DNA of 48,871 nucleotides from Atractiella rhizophila (Eukaryota): NCBI GenBank assembly GCA_021432655.1, contig MU271479.1, positions 1 to 48,871 of the forward strand, read 5' to 3'. Shown piece by piece: positions 38,238 to 48,871 of this stretch (position 1 is its first letter; each line of letters starts with the position of its first letter). The notes under the pieces were generated by a model. It saw only the letters and a program-made list of their open reading frames with translations, ran no database searches and was not told where the DNA came from. The position numbers and the translations under genes were made by a program.

Positions 38238-39194
38238 CTTGAGCGTTAAAATTGGGAGCTGTGGATGTGAGGAGAGGGAGACCGTGACGAATACGTGTTT
38301 TGAGAGGAATAGACGTCCAAAAAACTGGAGAAAAGCGAATATATGCGAGTGCTAATTGCGAAACGAAATGCTCTGCTTGCTTTACTCGAAATGATGACAG
38401 TGAGAACAGCTATTCGTCGTCGTAGTTTTTTGATGGTGGTCGTAATTGGAGGGATCGTAAGCAGTTGTTAGCCCCTTTTTGTGCCCTTCCCTGCTCCCGC
38501 TGCTGGAACCCAGTATGGGAAAATTCCCATCTACCCGCCTGGTGACTCCGCCGTCATCCAGCCACGCCTCTCTTCTCAGTACGTTCAATCCGCTTGTTCT
38601 TCCATACAGCGCTTTTCGACAGGCTTTTAAGCAATAGACAGAGATATCAGCCATATTACGCGCGTTTCCTGGAATGAAGTCGTTGCCCGTAGTGCTGCGG
38701 AAGGTTGATGGGAAAGAAGTGCAGAGCTGCGGGATAAAAGTACTCTAACCATCACCTGGCCGCCTCATGTATTACAATCGATGAAGAATAATCGATATAA
38801 TCACCTATGTTTGTATCAAAGTCATAACTGGTACGTGAGGCGATGAAATGTCAATGCGCACGCTGAACAAAGTGTGTAATCATCCCCTCATCTAACCCTC
38901 GTCTTTCTTCCCCGTGAGGATTCCAGAGCATTTTGGTCCTCTCTATCCCTTTCATTATTCATGTGCCCTGGCCAATGAACACGTAGTCGCGAAACTACGG
39001 CTGAATTGCTACCGCGCTCACGTGACCATTTCAACACGTTGTAGCTGTGGGAGAGAGGAGCAAGGGCAGGAGCGGGGGGTGATGCTTTAGGAGGGCGCAA
39101 GTTGAAACGGTTTACTGTGAGCTTTACATTCTATATCCATTTTTGAAGGGAATGAGAGGATGCAGCGTGTCAGCTGAAGTTTCGGATACGCGTC

Positions 39195-39920
39195 CAGTGT
39201 ATATCTGAATAGCTGACTGTCGTGTGTTTGAAGCTCTTATTAGTTGGTGCAGCACTTTTTATTGTGTGCACATTTTCTTGGAAAAATCTCCTTTCGATGA
39301 CTGGATTTATTCACGTAATGAAGTTTCTGCATTTGGTTCAAGCGCCTGGAAATGTTGACAAGTTACCCCTCATTTTTCTCCAATCTTTTTTAGCATACTC
39401 TGCATAACCGTCTCCTTTTCATCCAAAGTCTTCTTTATCGGCTCAATGCTCATGATCTTTGCGTGCCACTTCTCGACGTTGGGGTATGTGCCTGGCTTAA
39501 TTTCTGGGAACTGGAATCCCGGCACACCTGTGTATCCAGGCCCATTGAACGGCTGTACAGTGTATATCTGAATAGCTGACTGTCGTGTGTTTGAAGCTCT
39601 TATTAGTTGGTGCAGCACTTTTTATTGTGTGCACATTTTCTTGGAAAAATCTCCTTTCGATGACTGGATTTATTCACGTAATGAAGTTTCTGCATTTGGT
39701 TCAAGCGCCTGGAAATGTTGACAAGTTACCCCTCATTTTTCTCCAATCTTTTTTAGCATACTCTGCATAACCGTCTCCTTTTCATCCAAAGTCTTCTTTA
39801 TCGGCTCAATGCTCATGATCTTTGCGTGCCACTTCTCGACGTTGGGGTATGTGCCTGGCTTAATTTCTGGGAACTGGAATCCCGGCACACCTGTGTATCC
39901 AGGCCCATTGAACGGCTGTA
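39195..39920. repeat. Perfect 363-bp tandem duplication (39195-39557 / 39558-39920) covering the GST last exon and 3' UTR
   Basis: Copies read identically from cagtgtatatctgaatagc to gaacggctgta; the ORF track shows identical 61-aa ORFs 363 bp apart. Confidence 0.95.
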
Positions 39921-40887
39921 GACAATCATTTGTTAAGTGGAAAGAAGCGAGAGAAAAAGACGAGACAGACGATTATGTTCCAATGCAGAAAGGCGAGGTC
40001 AGCGATTGTGAACCTGCCTCCCACGAGCCAACTTTCTCTCGACTTGGATAGGATGTCTTCTAGCACCCCGAGCACTCTGTGGATCTCGGCAATGTACCTC
40101 TCAATCGCAGAAGGGATCTGCTCCGAATGCCATTTTCCAAAGTGCACCCACTGACCGAAGCTTTATCCCACTGAGTTATTAGCCCAGATGAGGCAAGCAA
40201 TAGACAGTACATACTAAGGTCCTTGACCGCTTGCTGTGACCTCCATCAATATTTCTCATGGAAGTTCTCGAAAGCTTACCCTGGAAAAAGAGATACTGCA
40301 GCTGGAGTATTTTCTCCTCTTCCGTTTTAGCCGATATCTTTCTATCAGTGTCATATCTGAAAGGGATGTCAGAGCAGTGTCCCGATGACCCAGAACCTTC
40401 CTGCCTACCTGTCAACGAGATAGAGCAAGATGGCATTAGATTCCCAGAGCGTAAAATTGTTGTTCTTGTGGTCCACAATAGCCCTAAAGCGTCATTGCGT
40501 TATTTCCTTATCTCTGGTTTAGGACAACTGATGCAGCTTACGGTACGCGACCATTTGGATTAAGCTTAGCAGAACAAGTCGTCAGCTTGCTAAATGAGAT
40601 TCCAATACCCTTGATTCACCTTTGTGTATTCTGGCTGCTTCTGCTCCCCTGTTTGAGGCGAGTCAACAAGTGACGAGAAGACCAGGTAGGATAGACAAAG
40701 GAGGCGCGCGTACCTGCTAGGGTATTTAACATCTTGTGCTCATATTTTACGCCTAACAACTCTAGTGCAGCCGCGACTTTCCAAGGCTGGCACGGTTCCC
40801 CTGTCGATCATTTCGTTCATTCAGAAAGAAAAGACTACTGACATTTACGGAAATGGAGCCGTAGAGAGTGATATCGGGCTGAGACAT
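39733..40887 (-). CDS. Glutathione S-transferase, Ure2p-like, paralog 1
   Basis: MSQPDITLY..N|PWKV, LNPNGRVP|AIVD, LWESNAILLYL, QYLFFQ|ASGQGP, WLVGGRFTIADLAF. Confidence 0.92.
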
Positions 40888-41108
40888 TGTCGCTTTGAGG
40901 TCTGAAACTTGAAAAATGTTGCACACTCTTGTTTTCTCAGTCTTCTTAGCCTTCTTGTTGAGAGCTAGGGAGTTCGATCACTGCTCTTTTATAGCTACCA
41001 CATCAAAGCTTCTGAACGGCTGTCATTGCGTGCCCTTCTGTCGATATTGTACCTGGCATAGCTGTCTCTGTGTGCGCAACGGAGAGATGGAACTTAGACC
41101 CCCTGTTC

Positions 41109-41259
41109 GTCACAAGTATGAGTAGTAAGTTTGTAAGCGATGTATTGGGATTGTCATGTTACGATGTCAGCTTCCGACACCTGGTAGGGACTGGGCTGAA
41201 CGGTGTCACGAGTATGAGTAAATGGTTTGTAAGCTCTATCCTGGTATGACGGTCAGCTT
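41109..41259. promoter_or_regulatory. Degenerate direct repeat (period 96) upstream of GST paralog 1
   Basis: gtcacaagtatgagta..gtttgtaagc..gtcagctt at 41109 and gtcacgagtatgagta..gtttgtaagc..gtcagctt at 41205. Confidence 0.5.
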
Positions 41260-41625
41260 GTGCCATTTGTCAGGAGAGACTCTCCAATGAGAGAAAGCGT
41301 ACTGACACTAGGGTCCGAAGCTGAGAGAGCCCCGTCATCGTCGCCGTCAACCCCTTGACGCCCGTGTCATGCCGGTCAGGAGGGAATCAGAATCCTCTGC
41401 ACTCATTCCTCCCAGGTTAGAGTTGTTCATGCAGCACATTGAGCTCTCACGGTGAATCAAGAAACATCAAATAATATTCTTGGATCAACATTGCCTATAT
41501 GATACGTTAAAAACATAACTACCGTCCCACCCTCTTCGTGCACAGTTGACAACATGGCACTGACTGCAAGCGTGTACTAATGCAATACAACAGAAACCGA
41601 AATCCGAAATTAGTTAATCTGCACC

Positions 41626-42157
41626 TCAACGTCCTCTTCCTCTGCCACGCCAACCTGGCGGCCGGTAGCCTGAATGGAACCCTGAGGGACCTCGTGGTAC
41701 TCCTAACCCTCATGGATCAATAACTGATAACTTTCACAAAAAAACGCATGCGTACCATCGAAACGGCCCCTATAATCCGTATCTCTATCTCTATCTCTCT
41801 CTCGGTCCTCTCGAGGGCCCGTGGGTACACCAGCAGGTAGTCTTGATGTTCCAGGTGGTGGTGAGACTTGCTCTCGAAGGGCTCGAGGAGCTCGAGGGAG
41901 GTCTGGATCCCATCCCCTAGGTCCAGCAAGGTGGGGCAGCACCTCTCCCAAACCTCCCTTGATTTGGAGAGCCGTAGTTTCTTGGTCCCTTGGGCAGATT
42001 CTCCATATCCTGACTGAGAGACCTGGGAGGGTTGAATGAAGGCGAGTTGGGGAGAGAGCCTGCGTTTATATTAGGGGAAGCAAAAGGAAGAGATCTCCTT
42101 GAAAAGCTTGAATCTCCAGGCTTTTGAGATAATGGATTGTTGAAGGATGGACGACTC
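41626..42157 (-). CDS. 3' fragment of a Pro/Arg/Gly-rich low-complexity gene, cut by the gap, with an apparent 1-bp frameshift
   Basis: PKGPR, AGPRG, PRAPRALR, PTGPR and RD repeats; last intron GTACGC..TTAG, ending WRGRGRGR*. Confidence 0.55.
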
Positions 42158-42182
42158 NNNNNNNNNNNNNNNNNNNNNNNNN
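42158..42182. other. Assembly gap (25 N)
   Basis: Run of n. Confidence 1.
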
Positions 42183-42705
42183 CTGACGAGGAAGATGTTT
42201 GCGTTTGCGCACCTTTGTAAATGTATTTCATGAGATTGTCCTGTGCTTGTCGAGGAAGCGCTTGGAGGAGTTGGGCGGCGGGTTTGGTGGATGAGAGGAC
42301 TTGGACGACGGAGTTGAGGTTCAGCATCTGTCGTCCCTTTCACTCTCACTCTCACTCTCACGTTCTAAGAGATAGAGCGCACCTTGGCTTCATCTACTCC
42401 TCTCCCGTATGGTGGAGAATCCAATACAGTCGCAAGAGCGCCAGCAAAGTCGCCTCTGCGCTCCCAAACAAAACACAAATCAGCTCTCACATCAACAAAC
42501 CAACCAAGCGCACTACATAGACCTTGCCAGGACTGTATGGCAGAACATACCTGGTTATGAGTCCCCGGACATCTCCCGCCTTCTGTCTCGAGAGGGCAAG
42601 CACCTCCTCTGGAGCACGAGGATCGGGTTCGTACAGCTCCGAGGGGAGCACGCGATCTTCGTCGAAGGCGTCGATGTCGATTTTTCGGAATGAGCCGTCT
42701 GCCAT
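42183..42705 (-). CDS. ARPC5: ARPC5 copy 2; last exon lost in the gap
   Basis: MADGSFRKIDIDAFDED...QDNLMKYIYKG; the sequence hits the N run inside the last intron. Confidence 0.85.
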
Positions 42706-43387
42706 CGTTCTTGTGATGCTCTGTGATGCTCTTGGATGTGGATTGGTATTGCTGCTGATTCGCTGTCTGTAGTTGTAACTGGCGAGATGAGTGCTGATCA
42801 GAAGGAAACTACGGATGGAAGGAGTAAAGTGAACGACCAAGCCAAACCTCGCTACTTCTACCTACTAGTCACAGCCCACAGAGGAGCATCAGCTTTGCTG
42901 CGAGCACTAGTCATACTCTCACAGGCAGCAGCTATAGTTTATTGCTCTGTTTATCATTGGGCGAAGCAGCGACAATCCACCAGCAAGAACGTCCAACGCG
43001 TCACGTCACACGAGGTTTAACGAATTCTTTCTGAGGAAGGCCACCATCCAAGTTTGAGGACAGAGAGAACTTGAGCAAGATGGACAATAAGCACCTGCAC
43101 AAGGCGTTGAATCGTAACTCGATGTACGAATTCGCCTCTCCAGACCTCGCTTCGTCGTCAGGTTCCCCAACTGGAAGCGTGGCGGCTGGAGGAATGATAG
43201 GGACGATGAAAACGCACTCGAGACTCTCATCCCTGTCCAAACTCGCCTCTCCCCTCTCGCTCAAGTCTTCCGCCTCCGCCGTGTTATCCACCTCGACCGC
43301 GAATCCAAATTCGACCCAGGAGCCAGCATCAGCGGCTGACAGTCAAGTGACCACCCCTACCAACGCGGCTGGAGCCAGGGATGAACC
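42185..43387. repeat. ~1.2 kb direct duplication, copy 2
   Basis: Partner of 36384-37593. Confidence 0.95.
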
Positions 43388-45512
43388 TCCACACCTCCAG
43401 CTAAGCCGTCACCTCCTACCCGATCGAGCACTTACGGCACCGTGACCTCCTCATCGTCTGCCTCCTCGAGTACGACCGTCACTCCTCCTGCATCCAACAG
43501 CCGTCCTATGCCACCCTCACACCGCAACTCGATCTCTACTCCCCCTCCGCCGTCATACACCTCCACCTCCTCCCTCGACTTCGATTCTGATTCGGACGAC
43601 TTCCCTTCCATGTCCCGCACTTCCTCTGTCAGCGGGGCTGGTGGCCCGCCAAGGGGAAGGGGAGCAAGCATCGGTTTGGGTCTCAGCATACCTGGTTTCG
43701 CGGTCGCTAGTTCGAAGAGGAATATGGACTTTCATGCGCTCTTCAAGGGCCATGGAGGTGTACCAGAGGACGATTACTTGATTGAAGATTATGGTTGTGC
43801 GCTTCAACGAGAGATCTTGTTGCAGGGACGACTGTACATTTCTGAACATCACCTTTGCTTCTACGCTAATATCTTTGGTTGGGTAACAACTGTTCGTTTT
43901 TCTCTTCCTCCGTTTCAGTTAATATTCTGCTTGATCGACATTTTTCATTCATATTCTTGTGGTTGCCTCACTCGCTGACGACTGGCTGATGGGTTCAGTT
44001 GGTGATACCCTTGGAAGACGTAACCCAGATCGAAAAGAAGATGACCGCCTTTGTGATCCCGAACGCGATCCAAATAACGACCCAATCGAAACGAGAGACC
44101 TTTGCCTCCTTCCTCTCCCGCGACACCACCTTTGACCTCATCTCCTCGCTCTGGCGCGCCATCCATCCCCACGGCGTGCCCTCCACCTCCGCCCTCCCGA
44201 CTGGAACCGGCAACCTCTCGTCCGCAGATGAGGCAGATCAGAAACGCCTTGGACACGAAAAGGACGTCACTGAGATCACCGCTACGGGAGAGGGAAGACA
44301 TCCACCCATCAAGTGTGCGTGTAAAGAACATTTTAAGAATACCGTCCTTGGAAACTTCCTTCGTTGGGAGCCCTGAGAAGATTTATAATCTGCTTTATAC
44401 GAGCGAGGCTTTCTTCAGGGGTTTCTTAGAAGACGATCAGAAGTGTACTGGTCCGTTGCACACCGTCTCTCTGCTATTTTGAAAGCGGTGCTGAGTTAAT
44501 ACCATAGAGGTAAATATTGGCGAATGGAATCCCAAGAAAGAAGGGTCCCACCTCCTCTCACGGGAAGTAACGTACATCCGACCTTTGACGGGTCCCGTGG
44601 GACCTAAACAGACGAAGGTAAGTCTCGCACCCCGTCCTTCTCCCTCTATCATTGCTAAATGGACGAGGGAACAGTGCGAGATCTCCGAATCCAATGAGCA
44701 CGTCGACTTTGAAGAATATACCTCCCTCGTCTCTCTCACGCGCACACCGGATGTCCCCTCCGGAAATGCTTTCGTAGTCAAGACCAGGCTTTGCCTCAGT
44801 TGGTCAAACGGGGGTGGGACGAAAATGGTGGTCACTTGCGAGCTAGAATGGAGCAAGAGCTCGTTCCTTAAAGGTACGACGCATCCTTCCTTAATGGAAT
44901 TGAAAATATTGATTCTGGCGTTTGTGAAACAGGTATAATCGAGAGATCGGCGGTGCAGGGCCAAAAATCCTATCACGCAGACCTGGCGAAGGCCATGCGT
45001 GCCTACATCTCAGCTCATCGCTCCGAATTCGCAGAAGAAGGGGCAGACGACCTTGCCGTGGAAGAAGAGGAGCCATTGCCACCGTGACGACAGAGGCTGC
45101 TGTTGCGGCCCCTTCGATATCGATGGAATTCACACCACGGACCATCGTCGCTCTGCTCCTGATCACCTTCCTTCTTCTCTCCAATCTTTACACCCTCACC
45201 TCGTCCCAACAGCAGAAGAATCCTGTTGCGTATTCGATCACTGGGGGGCCTTTGGGACTGTCATATCAAGGGACCGCTAAGAGTAGAGAGGAGGTTGCAG
45301 GTGCTGTTAGGTCGGTGTTACAGGAGTGGTTGCAGACCAATGCGGGGTCTTTACCACAAGATTATATAAAAGGGAACGGAAACGGAAAGCGGAAAGAGGA
45401 GGATGTACCCTGGGATGTGGAGGTGGACGACGTCGCGAGGAAGTTGGATGAGCTGGAGGGGAGGATTGTGAGACTGCGAAAGAGCGTCAAGGAGCTTAAG
45501 GGGAAGGAGTGA
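43080..45512 (+). CDS. GRAM + VASt (StART-like) sterol transfer protein, Lam/Ysp2/GRAMD1 family; three apparent frameshifts
   Basis: GRAM: KRNMDFHALF..DDYLIEDYGCALQREILLQGRLYISEHHLCFYANIFGW, EKKMTAFVIPNAIQI. VASt: GPKQTK, TRTPDVPSGNAF, WSKSSFLKG|IIERS. C-terminal TM segment and coiled coil. Confidence 0.88.
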
Positions 45513-46112
45513 ACTTTTGCGAGGGAGGGAGCAAGATCTTCACACAATTTCCCCCATGTTCGTCCATTGTTTCTATTCAGGATAAATTCTTGTGTCTATC
45601 AGAGTCCTTTGCATGTATGCATCGCAACATTCGAATTCCATAGACCCTGACCTGCATTCTCCTAACTTGAATAACCCGATCATCAGAGTCGGTCAAAGCT
45701 GAGCTGGAGCCGGATTATGCAAGGACGGATGGTACCTTTGAATGCGCGTAGGCGCTTTAACGCTGGTAGCCGGCTTACACTATCCTCCTTCGGGCAATGA
45801 GAGCGAATGCACCAGTTGTAACATGGCCGATTGCGAGGCGCTATGCGCGCACGGCTGGACCTCTCGCTCTTGGTGGGAACCAAGGGTCCCCGTCAGTTCT
45901 CGGTTCGGTGAGTTCGAATGGGCATCCTGTGGTTGTTGGCGGCTGACAAGTCAAGGAACGGGGTTGACAGCAGATACAGAAGAAGAGTTATATTGCGTAT
46001 ACTTTTATTGGCTGGAAGGGTATAAAGATGCAGACTTCCCTATTCCTCCCTTCTAAGTTATCTCGCATCAGAAAAGCAGATATTAGAAAATCCTCACACT
46101 CAAGTCACCAGA

Positions 46113-47233
46113 ATGTCGAAAGCAGATATCTCTCTCTATTCCGGATTTGGGCTCAACGTACGTTTCCAATAGACCCAGTCCAACAGCTTACTGGGGTCTG
46201 AGGGCAGCCATGGAAGGTAGCTATCGTCCTTGAGTGCTTAGGACTAAACTATGAACACATCAATGTTGACATTTTGACTGGTGAGCGCAAACTGTTCGCA
46301 GAACGTCGTTGACCTTAAACAGGCGAGCACAAACGGCCTGCTTACACCAAAGTAAGAAAATGTCTCCCGGAGCTGTAATAATACTAACTCACTTCTTTTC
46401 AGCTCAATCCAAACGGCAGGATCCCGTACGCTCTCTTCCTTCCGTAGACAGAATCACAACCGAGCTATACTGCTTCAGAGCCCTCGTCGATCATAAGAAC
46501 AAGGACATGGTGGTATGGGAGTCCAATGCCATCTTGCAATACCTTGTCGACAGGTAAATGAAGCTTATTTCGGTCAGAAGCTCTGAAGCTTCGGCTTTCT
46601 ACAGGTACGATACCGAGGAGAAATTCTCAGCGACTACCGATGGGGAAAAGGCTATGCAGGCACAGTATCTCTTCTTCCAAGGTACAACTTCCATTCCCAC
46701 CATAGTGAGCAAGAGCTGACGAAATCGAGTGTCAGCTAGTGGCCAAGGACCATAGTGCGTGCTCGTTTTTCCTTCTCGAGAAATTGTCCCACGTTTCATC
46801 CAGCTATGGTCAATATGCCTGGTTCGCAGGTGGATATCACGGAGAGCAGCTTCCCACAGTTACCTCACGTTACGAAGCCGAGATCAACCGAGTTTTAAGC
46901 GTCCTTGAAGCCATTCTGTCTAAGCAAGAGTGGCTCGTGGGTTCCAAGTGCACTATCGCCGACCTTTCTTTCCTCATGTACAACCTCATCGTACGTCCTG
47001 CTCTAGACTAATTTGTCTGATCTGATGAAATTCGACTGTGGCTGTGACCTCAGCCATTCGGACCGTATACTGGTGCTCCTGGTTTGAAGTTTACCCCATC
47101 CAGGGAATATCCTAAAGTGACGGCGTGGCATGAGAGAATGGTGAAGATGGAACCGGTCAAGAAAGTCTTGGATCAGAGAGAAGCCATTGTCCAAGAGTTC
47201 ATGAAGAAGAAGTTTGGAGGCAGTGAAGCTTGA
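46113..47233 (+). CDS. Glutathione S-transferase, Ure2p-like, paralog 2
   Basis: MSKADISLY..N|PWKV, LNPNGRIP|ALVD, WESNAILQYL, FFQ|ASGQGPY, WLVGSKCTIADLSF; intron positions match paralog 1. Confidence 0.92.
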
Positions 47234-48219
47234 ATGTTGTCGTCCTTTGTGAAGAATTATCTATCAATTTTTACAGTCCCAGCCCCAGCTGAAATCCCCC
47301 AGCAATTAACTGTCACGTAGCCTGCCAACAGCTCGAGGCTCTGTTTAAAGGGAAAAAGGAAGTGTTCCGACGAACAGCAATTGCGTATCTCAGGAATCGA
47401 GAAAGAAGTGGGTCTGCAATGGAGACTGATAAAGCGGCGAAAAGAACGTCTCACCTGGATGCAAGTGCGGACATGAACCAAACGTGCTGCATGATCCATG
47501 ACGTTCTATTTCACATCACGAACCCTATCGATTCTATTATTATTGTTCCCCGTTCGCGCTGAGGTGCCTGCGGGAAGTGGGGAAGGAAGGAGGCTTTGAG
47601 TCACAGCGTAAAATGGCATGACCAATTTCGGCTTGGTAGGATCTACTGTATCAATTCTGTCTGTCCTGTCATTCCTCTTTCACTCCTGATCTTCGCTACT
47701 ATCATCTAGCCGGAAGTCCGTCGAAGAAGGTCTGCGAAAACCCTTACTCATCCAGGATCCTGCAGGACATCCACCACGATCATGGTGTGCTCAAATAGTC
47801 TGACAGTCATTTGAAATATTTGCTCGTCACGACGTGCCATCGTTCGTCCTTCATAGACGAATTCCTCAATACAGTAAATTCGCAGAACGCCTCAGTCTAT
47901 AAATATGTGTTAATTACCCCCTATTTCCGAACCGCGAACAGACGAGAGCTTTTCTGCCAAAACGGGGAGTGGGTTGAGGGGTACTAGCTACTGCATGCTG
48001 GCTATAAAGCTGCAACCCTCCTTCCTTCAGTACTCATTCGTCAGACTGTCAGACGAAATTTGAACATCCCACCAAGAATGTGCAGAGCAGACGTCAGGCT
48101 CACTGTGGGTTTCCAAGAAGCTGCAACCAAACGGATATTGATGTGAAAAGGACAGCCAGGGAAGGTGCCCGTCCTCCTCGACTGCTTAGAGCCAAACAAC
48201 AAACACCTCAATATCAATA

Positions 48220-48871
48220 TTATGACTGGTAAGATCCCTGATTGTAGCCATCATCTTCCAGAAACAAAAGGGCTGAATTCGTCCGTGTTCTTAGACCGAC
48301 TCGTTTTCTGATCAGAAACGCGGCCTTCATCAAACTGCAACTCCTGAAGACGATGTTGGAGGAAACACAAGTCATGTTGGATGAAGTTCGTGAACGAGCC
48401 ATCCATTGTGCGCCAAGAACCGGCATTGCAGCAGAAGCACAACGACCTGTGACACATGTAATGGCGTCCTGATGCGCTCGACGATTCTCAAAGTACTAGT
48501 TCACATATGACGACCTATGTTACCTTGAACGCACTGTTGAAATTGAAGCTCCATTAAAGAGAACTGACCAGTGTTGGCGCCAACTCGCCACAACAACTAT
48601 CCATACCGAACTCTCCGAGCACACGGCAGCCAGCCTCAGTCTCAATTCCCAGCCAATTTTCTCTCAGATAGGTCCGTCATGAGTAACGAAAGTTCACTAA
48701 GGTTCACAGCGTCAGCCGTAGTGCAGCAACTACGGGTTCATGAAGTTGGCAAGAAGCGTAGACGGTGACGGCTTCATATATCGACGAAGAAGAACATACG
48801 TCGCCTGGAGAAGTTCGCAAGTTCGCCCCTCCGTCTATCCGCAAGGATCTGTAACTTCAGCACCAAATCCA
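48220..48871 (-). CDS. Possible 3' end of an unknown spliced gene
   Basis: Several GTATG/GTAAC..AG intron-like segments and a terminal open frame; no recognisable domain and the frame is ambiguous. Confidence 0.25.

Noticed and set aside
37594..38355. 253-aa plus-strand ORF
   Set aside because: It is antisense to a spliced minus-strand frame with better splice signals and has no recognisable domain.
38890..38900. CTAACCCT as a telomerase RNA template or telomeric repeat (also at ~41703)
   Set aside because: Single short matches expected by chance; the 41703 one overlaps a splice acceptor.
41917..42327. ORF suggesting an ARPC5 fusion to a Pro/Ser-rich domain
   Set aside because: It reads through an ARPC5 intron and the N gap, so it is an artefact.
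45640..46000. Hairpin-rich region (CTTGGT-GGGA-ACCAAG, TGTAA) as SRP RNA, RNase MRP or TPP riboswitch
   Set aside because: The diagnostic conserved motifs were not found; it is probably the GST promoter. An Rfam scan would settle it.
1..48871. CRISPR arrays, transposases, retroelements and rRNA
   Set aside because: No repeat-spacer arrays, RT/integrase/transposase motifs or rRNA signatures were seen.

Overview
Compact, intron-rich fungal nuclear DNA with about 50-60 nt introns; a basidiomycete is inferred from intron density and protein style, not proven. About 20 spliced genes and one tRNA-Arg(ACG) are supported. They include a Vps3/TGFBRAP1-like tether, a short SRP72, NDUFS6, a CBS protein, pinin, DUF4419, a secreted YCII protein, alkaline ceramidase, Spt7, xanthine dioxygenase, an SDR, a GT23-like glycosyltransferase, COX7C, a Zip2/SHOC1-like protein, two ARPC5 copies, a GRAM/VASt sterol transporter and two Ure2-like GSTs. 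The most notable signal is a tandem pair of secreted genes at 6.2-10 kb. They only become recognisable as type 3 Nep1-like proteins (intact GHRHDWE) after manual splicing. The 36-45 kb region has a diverged 1.2 kb duplication, gene fragments, an N gap and several 1-bp frameshifts. Two perfect tandem duplications (165 and 363 bp) look like assembly artefacts. All gene models were spliced by eye and no database searches were run.
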